Source: Octopus bimaculoides (Eukaryota). From it: 53,300 bases of DNA. The stretch is from the NCBI RefSeq assembly GCF_001194135.2, contig NC_068995.1, forward strand, positions 37,790,196 through 37,843,495, read 5' to 3'. Below the pieces are notes generated by a model. That model was not told the origin of the DNA, made no database searches, and was given only the letters and a program-made list of their open reading frames with translations. The stretch's first letter is position 1; every line of letters begins with the position of its first letter. The position numbers were made by a program, and so were the translations under genes. This document shows, piece by piece, positions 37,753-50,379 of the stretch.

Positions 37753-38418
37753 TATATATATATANNNNNNNNNNNNNNNNNNNNNNNNNNNNNNNNNNNN
37801 NNNNNNNNNNNNNNNNNNNNNNNNNNNNNNNNNNNNNNNNNNNNNNNNNNNNNNNNNNNNNNNNNNNNNNNNNNNNNNNNNNNNNNNNNNNNNNNNNNNN
37901 NNNNNNNNNNNNNNNNNNNNNNNNNNNNNNNNNNNNNNNNNNNNNNNNNNNNNNNNNNNNNNNNNNNNNNNNNNNNNNNNNNNNNNNNNNNNNNNNNNNN
38001 NNNNNNNNNNNNNNNNNNNNNNNNNNNNNNNNNNNNNNNNNNNNNNNNNNNNNNNNNNNNNNNNNNNNNNNNNNNNNNNNNNNNNNNNNNNNNNNNNNNN
38101 NNNNNNNNNNNNNNNNNNNNNNNNNNNNNNNNNNNNNNNNNNNNNNNNNNNNNNNNNNNNNNNNNNNNNNNNNNNNNNNNNNNNNNNNNNNNNNNNNNNN
38201 NNNNNNNNNNNNNNNNNNNNNNNNNNNNNNNNNNNNNNNNNNNNNNNNNNNNNNNNNNNNNNNNNNNNNNNNNNNNNNNNNNNNNNNNNNNNNNNNNNNN
38301 NNNNNNNNNNNNNNNNNNNNNNNNNNNNNNNNNNNNNNNNNNNNNNNNNNNNNNNNNNNNNNNNNNNNNNNNNNNNNNNNNNNNNNNNNNNNNNNNNNNN
38401 NNNNNNNNNNNNNNNNNN

Positions 38419-38458
<40 letters not shown>

Positions 38459-38569
38459 CATACATACATCTACATACCTCACTAGCATCATAGCCCACTA
38501 GCTATTCTATCTACATATAAGTGGCCACTAAATATTCTATCTGTATATAAATATAAACTTGCAGAAACA

Positions 38570-39815
38570 CATAGTTAAGTTTAACACGAAACAATACATG
38601 CAGGTTCAATTTGCAGCCATTGGTGTCGGTGTAGCTGGAGATATGGGTGACTTCTTCATGGCCTGGTGGGACAGAAAAGGTAAGCAATCGTTAGCAGAAC
38701 AGTCCACAACTCTTCTACTTTACACTAGGTATGTAGATGACATTAATATCTTAGTTAAGACCAACTCTAGTAACGGTAATGTAGAAACTAAGAGGAACAT
38801 AATGGACAGCATCTAGTAAGCAGCTAACGCCATCCACCAAAGTGTCAAGGTATCTATACATTACCTCACTAAGCACAACAACAATAGACTCCCCGTCCTT
38901 GATACTGAACTTTGGTTAAAGGCTATGAACAACTGAGTGCACCACATCCACTGCTATTACATGGAACCCATATCTTCGAAATAAGCTGTTAACAAGGACT
39001 GAGCTTTGTCACACAACATGAAAATTAATATACTGATAGCAGACGTAGGTAAAGGAGCTACGTGTCCCCACTTTGCAAACCCTATGAATCGAAGAAACAC
39101 CACATGCAATTCTCTGGATATGATAAAAAAAATAGGGTTCGAGTATACAGGGGTGCTAGAAAGAAGTTAGATAACATTATATGTAATGAAACCAGTGATA
39201 CCTGACAAACATATGGAAGCAAATGCGGGAGTAGAATACAAAGATCTTGCGACAAAAGAAACAGGTTGACCCGACAAATATCAAGGAGTGATGTTTGTAG
39301 AATCCAGAGTCCATGGGGAACTAGCCCGTAGATTTCGGAAAGCTCTGAAGGAGACCAGACTCGACATTAAGATTGTTGAACAGCTAGGGAACACCATCAA
39401 ACCACAACTATGTTCGACGTACCTCATTTGAGAATACCATATGCAGCAATGATATTTGCATGATATATAGGATTAGTCCTGGCATTAACTGTTAAACTAG
39501 AGATGTAGTCTACAGCATAAAGTGCATAGAAGGTACTTGTAAAGACATTAACATAACATACAGAGGGGAGACATCTAGGAGCATTGTGGAAAGATAAATC
39601 AACATTTGGGACAATATGACGACAAAAAACAATTTTCCATACTCTACCAACATGACAAGGAACAGCATGGAGATAACCTAGGTCAACTTGACATCCGCAT
39701 ATCATCCATGCACCCGAAGGACCTAACCCTCAGAGTACGTCCTCCTAAATTGAATATCCGCAGTACTAAATAGGAAATATACGTAGTAGGTAACCATACC
39801 CTCATAGCCACAGTT
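38570..39815 (+). mobile_element. Decayed Penelope-like element (RT plus GIY-YIG endonuclease)
   Basis: YTRYVDD (YVDD 38730-41), LPVLDTELW, QFSGYD, YQGVMFVE and C*TRDVVYSIKC...YRGETSRSIVER (39490-39597). Confidence 0.8.
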
Positions 39816-41160
39816 CATATTTATATGCACGTTAGCGGGCTGTTATGTAGATGTGTGTATGTGTGAGTGTGTGTATGTATACGTATATGTATATGCACAT
39901 GTATGTAAGCAAACGGATATGAATGCAAACAGATTGACATACAGACGGATACGTACATAGGTAATATGAACAGACAAGCACACATATACACACACATACG
40001 CAAATGAAAACTGAAACACATGATCATATACACATACACTTCGCTTCATACAAGGACACATAAGGAGACACACATCCACACATATAGAGATACACATCCA
40101 TACATACATACAGACACAGGACATGGCTACAAAAACCAATAAAAACACACAGACACACCCAGACATGCACATACACACATGCAAATACACACACATGACA
40201 CACACACACATAAATAAACACAAACACGAATACACAAACACACAAATACGAATATGCAGAATAAATATAAACGTACACACATACATACATATAAACGTAT
40301 GTACACAGACATACATATATACGTATGTACACAGACATACATATATATACATTCATACACACATGCATGCATACATACATACATATATACATACATACAT
40401 ACACACATACATACATACATAGATAAATTCATGTGTTTGCACACACACACTGGCCCACACACATGCGCACAAACAAAAAGAACGCAGCTCGGATAACGAA
40501 CAGAATCAACGACTATTGAAAACATTGGAAGACGCAACGAAAATTATAGAAAAATAAATGAGTTGGCATCTTTAGCGTGTATTCAATAAAAAGGAACTAA
40601 TAGAGAATGACTCTCCCCAGATACAGCAAAATGTGCTTTAGCACATGAATCTCACATAAAGAATCTTGCAAACCAAATCGCCAAATGAAATATATATATA
40701 TATATATATATATANNNNNNNNNNNNNNNNNNNNNNNNNNNNNNNNNNNNNNNNNNNNNNNNNNNNNNNNNNNNNNNNNNNNNNNNNNNNNNNNNNNNNN
40801 NNNNNNNNNNNNNNNNNNNNNNNNNNNNNNNNNNNNNNNNNNNNNNNNNNNNNNNNNNNNNNNNNNNNNNNNNNNNNNNNNNNNNNNNNNNNNNNNNNNN
40901 NNNNNNNNNNNNNNNNNNNNNNNNNNNNNNNNNNNNNNNNNNNNNNNNNNNNNNNNNNNNNNNNNNNNNNNNNNNNNNNNNNNNNNNNNNNNNNNNNNNN
41001 NNNNNNNNNNNNNNNNNNNNNNNNNNNNNNNNNNNNNNNNNNNNNNNNNNNNNNNNNNNNNNNNNNNNNNNNNNNNNNNNNNNNNNNNNNNNNNNNNNNN
41101 NNNNNNNNNNNNNNNNNNNNNNNNNNNNATATATGCGGAGTATGTATGTATCTATGTATA

Positions 41161-42440
41161 ATCAGGTCATTAACAATGAAATGTCCGATTTTCTAACGCA
41201 CGAGGTTTGACAGTCGTTAACCCTAATGTTTTACCCCGACAATTTTTTATTTGACAACATTGAAGAGTTACATTATCACTTTCCGAAATGCAATTCATGG
41301 TGTCTGATTATATTGTAAGTTTTCTCTTGTAAATCAATGTTTGTGAAACCATGAATAGATAAATAAAAATACAAATCGTGTTGTTTATGAATATGAGTTC
41401 CGTCGTGGAATCAATGCATCTGAGACAGCTCGAAGCATCAGTAAAGAAGATATGGCTAATGAGCACACTGTACGTCGAGGATTTGAGAAGATCCTGTCTG
41501 GTGACTTTACTCTTGAATATCAGTCCCGTCGCATACATGAGACGAAGTTGGGTAATGATGCGCTGGAAACTGTAGTGGAAGCGAATACATCTCAAACTAC
41601 ACGTGAATTAGCAGCAAGCTTTCGATTCCAACAGTATTGGACCATCTGAAACAAATCGGCAAGGTAAAGACGCTGGACAAGTAGGTACTACATGAACTGA
41701 ACTGAAGAAGCATCAAATGACACGTTGTCTTGAAACTTGATGCTCTTTGCTGTCACGACATAAGAGCAAACCATTTTTGTATCGTATTGTTGCGTGTGTT
41801 GAAAAATGAATTCTTTTCAACAATAGCAAACGTTCTGCACGGTGGGTGGATAGAGACGAAGTGCCAAATCACAATTCAAAAAAGAATATTCACCCCAAAA
41901 AGCTAATGGTGTCTGTTTGTTGGTCCAACGCTGGTGTCATACGGTACAGCTTCATGAGGCCTGGTATCTCAATTAGAAAAGATCTATACATCAACCAATT
42001 GGATGAAATGATAACTGAATTTACAATTAAACAACTGAGATTGGTCAATAGAGACAGGTCAGTTCTCTTGCAAGACCACATGTTGCAGAAAACAAAAACC
42101 GCTACTCAAATTACAGGAACTGAACTTGGAAGTAATCTGTCATCCACCATATTCACAAGACCTTGTACCAATGCACTATCACATTTGCCAAGCATCAGAC
42201 AGCATTTTGCTAGGAATAAACTTCAAATGTGAAGAAGATGCAAAAACCTCCTTTCGTGATTTCATCACCTCTTGCTCGCCAGAATTCCTCGCTGCTGGCA
42301 TACAAAACGCTAACGATAAAATGGCAAAATTGCGTTGATAATTTAGGTGTATACTTTGATTAAATGCATTTCTATTTGTTGAGATAAATTAAAATAAATT
42401 TCCAGTTCAAAATCAGACATTTCATACTTAATGACCTGAT
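41161..42440 (+). mobile_element. Full-size (~1.28 kb) but inactivated mariner element
   Basis: TIRs atcaggtcattaacaatgaaatgtccgatttt and the reverse complement of aaaatcagacatttcatacttaatgacctgat. Remnant motifs ACVEK*ILFNN, KKLMVSVCW, LLQDH and HPPYSQDLVP, with stops and frameshifts. Confidence 0.9.
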
Positions 42441-42759
42441 GCATACATATGTATCTATGCATGTGTGCACATTTGCATGTAAGTTTGTACTATGCATGTA
42501 TGTGTGTGTACGTGTATGTGTGTGTATGCATATACATATACATGCGTGCGTTGTGCACGTTTGTATGTATGCATGAATTCTGCATATCCAAGTGCTTGTG
42601 TGTCCATGCTTATGCGTTTTTGTGTGTGTGTTTGTGTTCACGTTTGTGAATTTGTATGTGTGTATGTGTGTGTCTGTGTTTGTGTGTATTTGTGTGTACC
42701 TCCGTTTCCTTGTGTGAGCATGTTTGTGTCTGTTTGTGTATGGGTTTGTGTGACTATGT

Positions 42760-43405
42760 GAACTGTGGTTATTGGGGTGTGACACTTCTTAATGAGGAAG
42801 TACTCTTCTACTTCTCTGAGTGTTGGGTCCTTCGATTGCTTGGATAGAATGCAGATGTCAACTTGACCCACTGTTCCTCCACGTTGGTCTTTGGTATACT
42901 GGTAGAGTATGGAGGATTGTTTTTTTGTTGTCATTTTGTCTCAAATGTTCATTCAGTCTCTCCGGAATGTATATTATATTATATTCTTGTCTTTAGAAGT
43001 CCCCTCTATGCACCTTAGGCTGTAGACAACATGTCTAGTTCAAAAGTGAATGCCAGGGTTAATCTTAGATACGCTGCAAGTTATCATGTGGTATTTTCCG
43101 TCCTACATCGTTGCGATCTGATGGAGATCCGTGGCTTTTCAACGATTTTAATGTCGAATTTATCCACCTTCCGAGCTTTCCTAAATCTAAGGACAAGTTC
43201 TCCGCAGGCTGTGTCCTGTACAAACATCACTCCTTGATATTTGTCGGTCTTCTACCACGTGTTGACCCTGTTTGATTGGTCAGAAACTATTTGTCTCCTA
43301 TTCTAGTCTTTATTTCTATATCTCGGGCAGGTACCACTGGTTTCATTACTTATAATGCTATCTAACTTATTTCTAGCACCCCTGTAGACCCTGTGCACAA
43401 AAAAA
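42760..43405 (-). mobile_element. Second copy of the same Penelope-like family (3' half), inverted relative to 39130-39815
   Basis: The reverse complement shares tacaggggtgctagaaa.aagttagata.catta, ccgacaaatatcaaggagtgatgtttgta, gtctacagc.taa.gtgcataga and tccatactctacca. Confidence 0.85.
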
Positions 43406-43406
43406 C

Positions 43407-43472
<66 letters not shown>

Positions 43473-43491
43473 ACAATTATTCAGTAGCCAT

Positions 43492-43552
43492 GATAAAACT
43501 CCGAGTTTCAGATGTCACTGCGGAAACCCACGCCGGCATCTCTTCAGTTATC
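43492..43552 (-). ncRNA. Hammerhead ribozyme motif within a ~280 bp Penelope-like terminal repeat (43472-43750)
   Basis: Minus strand reads gataa CTGAAGA gatg-(22 nt)-catc t GAAA CTC g GAG TT ttatc. It has a 5-bp stem I, a near-palindromic stem III and one extra U before GAAA. Confidence 0.65.
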
Positions 43553-44704
43553 GGGCCATCGAAAAAAACGCTATGAAAATGACCGTTAAAACAAAAGGAA
43601 ATTACTGTGTGATTGACCGTTATTAAGACAAAAGAGCTATAAGAATGACCGCTAAGTAAAAGGAGGGAGTAAAGGTAAGGGAGTAGAAATCTTCATAGTA
43701 ATTGCGTAAACGTGCATGTCCATATATACACATGAGCGCCACCACACCCACTTGCTCACCGATACATTCGCCAAAAAATATATACATACCCGCATACACA
43801 CTCGAACACACGCGCACAAAATGTTTGTTCATTTCAGTTTTTCTTTCATTCTTTCTTACTTTCTTTAATTACAGTCTTGAGTTGTTTCTTGTCTCTCACT
43901 TCTTTTATCCCTCTTGAATTTTCTCGCTCTCTCCTTTTTATATTATCCCCTTCATTTCTATTTTTACCTTTTCCTCTCTCCTTGTCTCTTCTTTCTTTGC
44001 CGATCCTTTGTTGTTTTTTTCTTTCTATTTCTCTCTCAAAATACTTATAAAATGTTTCGTAATCTATCCATCTTCAGACATGAGTTCTCTGTAACCTAAT
44101 GTAATACGGCTTTATCCAATGATCGATTGTAGTAATTATCCAATTGTACGTGGGCCACCAAACCAAATTTCTTGACCACCATAATGGTAAAAGCTATTTA
44201 GGAACCAACGATACAATTTTGTGCTTATAATATACATACATTTACATACATATGTTTTGAGTTCGACCTGTGCAGAAACCAATATACATTACAATTTGGG
44301 AATCACTACGTCAGTGTACTTATCCATGTTTGATTTTTCACTCACACGGTGTTAAAGAAAATTCTAAACAACAGAATAGATGTGGTACCACCTACTTGTA
44401 CTTCACATATCATTTCTACATAGCGACGGAAGCAAATTTGGATATTTGGTTTCTTGACAACTATGTTCTCACTATTACAATTTCCGATAACCACCTCTTG
44501 CACGATGGCGGCAAACGGTAATCTACTGAATCATCTGCTCCTTTTTCAGCATTATGTAAATAATCAATTATATGACATGAAATTCATAGACGCACAAATA
44601 TTGAGCAGGACAAAATTTCAGTAGTATGAGAAGAGTTGAAGAAATTTGATTATTTTTGTAAAGTAGATCAGGGTCTATACAGATTTCGTTCTGATTGTGT
44701 ACCG

Positions 44705-44905
44705 TTATTCTCCTTGTTTGCAGGAATCTTTGGTATGCCAGGCGAAGTGCTCAGAGGTATTTCGTCTGCCGCTACATTCTGAGTTCAAATTCCGCTGAGG
44801 TCGACTATGCCTTTCATCCTTTCGGGGTCGATAAGTTAAGTACCAGTTGAGTACCAGTGCAATGTGATCGATTTTCCCCCTCCCCACAAAATCCTGACCT
44901 TGTGT
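44705..44905 (+). mobile_element. Deu/Nin-like SINE, sister of 33429-33597
   Basis: Shares ggtatttcgtct.ccgctac.ttctgagttcaaatt and gcctttcatcctttcggggtcgataagttaagtaccagtt. Confidence 0.75.
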
Positions 44906-45000
44906 CTATAGTAGATCGGATTATTATCCTTGTTTGCATTGTTGAAACATTATTGTCATGATACTTTAAAAAAATATTGATACATATGACATTTTCTAGA

Positions 45001-45015
45001 ACTTGTTTCTTTCAG
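45001..45015 (+). promoter_or_regulatory. Candidate 3' splice acceptor of a 5'-UTR intron, receptor copy 2
   Basis: acttgtttctttcag, 618 nt upstream of the ATG; homologous to 17621-17637. Confidence 0.5.
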
Positions 45016-45633
45016 GTTGCTGAATCACCGAGATACCCTGTATATTTATGGCATCAAAACATTTCTTCATTTATATCAAAGAAGACAGTCTGATGTTGTG
45101 TTCAGTTTTGAGACTGGAATTATAATACCAGATATAGATATATATATATATATATATATATATTTGTACTTGTATCTAAAAAATATGAAATAGAAAATAA
45201 CTACTTATATAACAACATTCGAGGGAATATATAAATGGAAATAATTAAACAACTTTGACTCTTCAGATGGCAAATTACCTTCACATTTACACCTTATAAT
45301 TTAAAGGAATAAATTGACCAGAACATTTTTCATATAGGTATTATACATTGCAAAACACTTTTTGAAAAGAAATACCGAGCATTTTACGATAATTCATTGT
45401 TTGTATACTGCATTTAAAGTTGGTTTTATGCTCCTGTTGAATGATTCAGCTCTATCGTTATCTAGATAACTTCTAGTATATCATCTTGCATCAATAACAA
45501 AGTGAATAACGCTCATTTACGCAAAATTTAATATAAACATTACAATATTAAAACATATCGATATTTAATAGAAACAGTTATCACAAGAGTTGAGATAAAC
45601 TAATAGTTAACTCTCATTGAAATATAATTGATA

Positions 45634-46827
45634 ATGATGTCCATAACATATTTTGTTTTCAGTTTGACTTCGATTATTTTAATAGTAAAATCTAATCCGA
45701 CGCACGAGGATGAAAAACGATTGAAAGACAACCTGCTGTTGAATTACAGAAAAGATATAAGACCTGTTATTGATTTGTTTACTTCTGTCGATATATATAC
45801 TGATTTGGATCTTCATACACTCTATGATTTGGACTTTGTAAATAACATACTCAAGGCTCGGTATATGATTGGGTCATATTGGACCGACGCATATCTAATC
45901 TGGAAACCATCAGAATATAACAATATTACAGAAATAAATTTACCAAGACAGGAAATATGGACCCCATCTCTTATAATGTGTAATTCAGTGAATGAACCAG
46001 ATGATACGAATATCAATCAAGAAACCAAGATTTATTATGATGGAACTGTCGAGATGTGGTCACTTAAGTACATAGAGACCTATTGCCAAGTGAACGCTTA
46101 TACGTATCCATTTGATGAGCATAAGTGCGAAATACATATATGCGTTGCTGTACAATCTATTCGTCAAACGAGAATACAAAAAATGTATTACAAGAATCTA
46201 AATGTTACAGAAAACTACAAGTGGGATATCAATATGTTTGGAGTGGTATTTCAAGAAAATGATGCGGGCAGTCAGGCATCTGCGGTGATGTATCTACGAC
46301 GCAAACCTACAGTAGGAATCATAGCTATGCTGATTCCGACTGTAATGATGACTGTTTTAACCATTTTTGTATTTGTTCTGCCGCCTGAATCAGGAGAGAA
46401 AGTTTCTCTAGCTACGACAATATTTTTATCAAACGTTTTGTATCTTGTTGAAATCGATAAGAATACACCGAAAAATTCGAAATATCCGTCACTTCTCATG
46501 TTATATTTAATGTTATTGTCAATGTTAAGTGGTATGGTCACACTTGGATCGGTGGTTATAAGCAAGTTGTATGTTAATCGGTCATCCCGAGAAAAGAAAT
46601 CGACAGACCGAAAGAAAAACAAATCTCAAAGTAACAACATTGCAGATATTTCAATAATTTCCATGGTAAAATCTGAATCTCTTGAAGGGGAACTTCAAAG
46701 TAAGAAAAAGAGAAATTGTATCTCCGACTACATAAGACTGGATGCCATATTCTTAAAAATTGGGATTGTTATATCGATTATAATTTCAATATTATTTACC
46801 ACTTTGCTATTTACACCAATGGAGTAA
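45634..46827 (+). CDS. Atypical nicotinic acetylcholine receptor-like Cys-loop subunit (cephalopod chemotactile receptor-like), copy 2; 397 aa, uninterrupted CDS
   Basis: First ATG at 45634. Same architecture as copy 1, with Cys-loop CQVNAYTYPFDEHKC, PPESGEK-M2, four TM helices and no vicinal CC. It aligns without gaps to copy 1 through M3. Confidence 0.95.
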   Translation: MMSITYFVFSLTSIILIVKSNPTHEDEKRLKDNLLLNYRKDIRPVIDLFTSVDIYTDLDLHTLYDLDFVNNILKARYMIGSYWTDAYLIWKPSEYNNITEINLPRQEIWTPSLIMCNSVNEPDDTNINQETKIYYDGTVEMWSLKYIETYCQVNAYTYPFDEHKCEIHICVAVQSIRQTRIQKMYYKNLNVTENYKWDINMFGVVFQENDAGSQASAVMYLRRKPTVGIIAMLIPTVMMTVLTIFVFVLPPESGEKVSLATTIFLSNVLYLVEIDKNTPKNSKYPSLLMLYLMLLSMLSGMVTLGSVVISKLYVNRSSREKKSTDRKKNKSQSNNIADISIISMVKSESLEGELQSKKKRNCISDYIRLDAIFLKIGIVISIIISILFTTLLFTPME

Positions 46828-48638
46828 CAAGTTCAACAATATTTATTTCCAAATATTTCTCAGGAAACCCAGTATATTATCTGAGAAATGCTATGTTCGT
46901 TCAGGGGGAATAACAGAAAATTTAATGTTGGCTCAGTATTTCTTTAAAGATGGTGCACAAGAAATCTTTGGTCTTTAATCAAAAGTAATGATGGAGTGAA
47001 TTAATGTTTACGCAAATAATGCTGGAATTTGAATATCAAGAATGATGGCAAACATTTTCATAATTGAAGAATTGTACGACATTTCACATAAGATTTATTG
47101 GCGTAAAACAGACAATCTGATGAGCGATATCTATGAATTATATATTCAAGATTATTTCTCCGTTACAACAAATAGAAATGCATTGGGTTGTATGAAAGTG
47201 CACAAGCCTTTAATGAACTCATCTTCAGAATATGAAAGTGGTGTCGTAGAGAATCAACGATTATTACGCCTGCTGTTTTGAGATATCCTCCTTATGACAT
47301 TTTAAATAATTTCTTTGGTACTTATATGGACCAAAGCATAACATCTAGTATATAAAAAATATCTCTGTGTATCCAGGTACAACTACATTTTGATGAATAT
47401 ATTTATATATATATATATATATNNNNNNNNNNNNNNNNNNNNNNNNNNNNNNNNNNNNNNNNNNNNNNNNNNNNNNNNNNNNNNNNNNNNNNNNNNNNNN
47501 NNNNNNNNNNNNNNNNNNNNNNNNNNNNNNNNNNNNNNNNNNNNNNNNNNNNNNNNNNNNNNNNNNNNNNNNNNNNNNNNNNNNNNNNNNNNNNNNNNNN
47601 NNNNNNNNNNNNNNNNNNNNNNNNNNNNNNNNNNNNNNNNNNNNNNNNNNNNNNNNNNNNNNNNNNNNNNNNNNNNNNNNNNNNNNNNNNNNNNNNNNNN
47701 NNNNNNNNNNNNNNNNNNNNNNNNNNNNNNNNNNNNNNNNNNNNNNNNNNNNNNNNNNNNNNNNNNNNNNNNNNNNNNNNNNNNNNNNNNNNNNNNNNNN
47801 NNNNNNNNNNNNNNNNNNNNNNNNNNNNNNNNNNNNNNNNNNNNNNNNNNNNNNNNNNNNNNNNNNNNNNNNNNNNNNNNNNNNNNNNNNNNNNNNNNNN
47901 NNNNNNNNNNNNNNNNNNNNNNNNNNNNNNNNNNNNNNNNNNNNNNNNNNNNGATCTATATATAATAACCCATTCGCCCCTACAAGTGATCCTTATATGT
48001 AGCCAAGGGAAGTACACCATTCATTTTCCTAAGTCATTTGGCAAAAGTGAAATTGAATAACATTATTTTTTAGTATTTGAACTGTTAGAATTATATTCTC
48101 AGTTTATACAGCAGAACACTCAAACAAGTAAATAGTATTTTCCTAAACAATAGATCCACTTATTCCGGTTTTTGTGTTATTCACAAATAGACCAACACTA
48201 GCGCCACTGAAGGTAATATTCTCTGAGAACGCACAGAGTTATTTACTTTGAATTGTTATTATCTCATATCTGATTAGCCTGTTATTACATAGCATGCTTC
48301 ACGATTTTAGTATACATGCCTTATTAGTATTTCCTCCTAAGCTCTATATACTCTGGGAAAGCATTAACACCTTTTATCGGGGCTACATAATTTTAATACT
48401 TACTATCGGGTAACTAATTTCATATCATTGCATAACTGATTTTATAATTTGGGTATTCCTAACTTATTAGCAATTCCTAAAACCAAGATCCTGCGAAAGG
48501 TAGTCCGGTATTCTCTGTAAATGCACAAAAAACTGTTTTAAAGGCTACATACTTTGTATTGTTATTATTGGATTGGCGAGAACAGAACCAAGGGATAAGC
48601 TCCGCCATCTCGGGAATTACTGTGTACGTGAGCAAGTG

Positions 48639-48680
<42 letters not shown>

Positions 48681-49098
48681 NNNNNNNNNNNNNNNNNNNN
48701 NNNNNNNNNNNNNNNNNNNNNNNNNNNNNNNNNNNNNNNNNNNNNNNNNNNNNNNNNNNNNNNNNNNNNNNNNNNNNNNNNNNNNNNNNNNNNNNNNNNN
48801 NNNNNNNNNNNNNNNNNNNNNNNNNNNNNNNNNNNNNNNNNNNNNNNNNNNNNNNNNNNNNNNNNNNNNNNNNNNNNNNNNNNNNNNNNNNNNNNNNNNN
48901 NNNNNNNNNNNNNNNNNNNNNNNNNNNNNNNNNNNNNNNNNNTGTATTTCATGTAAAAAAATTGTCTTATTTCGATAATTTCAACCAATCACTGACAAGT
49001 ATTCAGCTGTTTACAGTTACTCCTAAGCGGTGCAAAGCGTATTTAATCTCCATTACTTCTGACATTTTGTAGAGAGGCAACACATGTGTGTTCCTTTT

Positions 49099-49128
49099 CC
49101 CTAACCCTAACCCTAGCCCTAACCCTAA
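49099..49128. repeat. Short interstitial telomere-like tract (CCCTAA)x5, one unit variant
   Basis: ccctaa ccctaa ccctag ccctaa ccctaa, read directly. Confidence 0.9.
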
Positions 49129-49490
49129 TTGACTTGCTCCTTCCCTCAAAAACCAGGCCTTGTGCCTATAATAGAAAGGTTTATTAGCTACTGCCAATAT
49201 GCTTCACCCATTTTTTAACACGGAAATAATAATTTTATCACCGTCAGAATCGTTTGAGAATCGTTTGTTTACGTAGTCAGCACTTACTCCATTCGGCTCA
49301 ATGGACGTCAGTCATTGGTCGAAATTACAGAAATACAACAACTTTAACATAAAATAAGTTGCAATATAATAATTTTTCTTAAGAAGACTAAGAGAAAAAG
49401 ATGTTTTATATGACACATTCTACCAGTGTCCCAAATTTCAAAGTGTTTCGTTAAGAGAATACTGGTGCCCCCGTTTTGAACTAGATCCGA

Positions 49491-49654
49491 AAAAACAACT
49501 ATTAACAAATTCATCGATGAGATATATTATTCAAAACATCTAGAAAAACGAATATACCACAAAAACTCTATTCCAAAAATCAATAAATATAAAATAATAT
49601 TAAATAATATTAACTGACATTTTTCATCGTTGAATTTGTTAATAGTTGGTTTTT
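49491..49654. repeat. 30-bp inverted repeat around a ~100 bp AT-rich spacer (small MITE-like)
   Basis: aaaaacaactattaacaaattcatcgatga versus the reverse complement of tcatcgttgaatttgttaatagttggttttt. Confidence 0.7.
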
Positions 49655-50199
49655 ATCTAAATTATATGTATTATATATTGGGTAATTTGATTTAGAATTG
49701 CTAAACTGCATGTTCCCTGTAAGTTTTGACCATACGTGCACTGATGAATAAAAGATGCAGTTTACTACATAGTTTTGCTGTATTAATTATGAAACCAGTG
49801 GTTTGCCGTTAAGTTAAAAGATTTTAGGGGGTTAGCTTTGAAGGTTGCATTCCCGCGATCGGTAAACATGTGCTTATTTTGGTAGTTTTGACTTATTAAG
49901 TCCCTCTAAGCGTGAGGCTTTATTTTATAATAATGCCCTTATATAGAAAGGTGAAGAGAATGAGAGAAAGGTTAAAGACATGAAGATGGAATAACATGGT
50001 TAAAACGTTTGTTGAGAGGGTTGAGATAAATAGATAACTATAAAGTGTTTAGGAGAGGGAAATTTTTTAATCATATGCTATATTATTGTGACTGGAAACG
50101 AAATAACTTAGCAACATAAAAAATGACAATCATCCTTTCTTTCTTAAATAGTTTCTCTTAATCATTTTCGTTCCGTGGAATTTCCACAGGCTCCAGTAA

Positions 50200-50230
<31 letters not shown>

Positions 50231-50231
50231 A

Positions 50232-50329
<98 letters not shown>

Positions 50330-50379
50330 GTATAATGTGCATAGATGTTTTTCCTCTAAATGGTGTACGAGATTTCACA

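Noticed and set aside
39821-40537. His/Thr-rich and Cys/Val-rich ORFs (also 42372-42934, 50130-50405 and others)
   Set aside because: They are translations of degenerate CA/TG/TA repeats.
45822-46622. Antisense ORFs overlapping receptor copy 2
   Set aside because: Short shadow ORFs with no counterpart preserved in copy 1.
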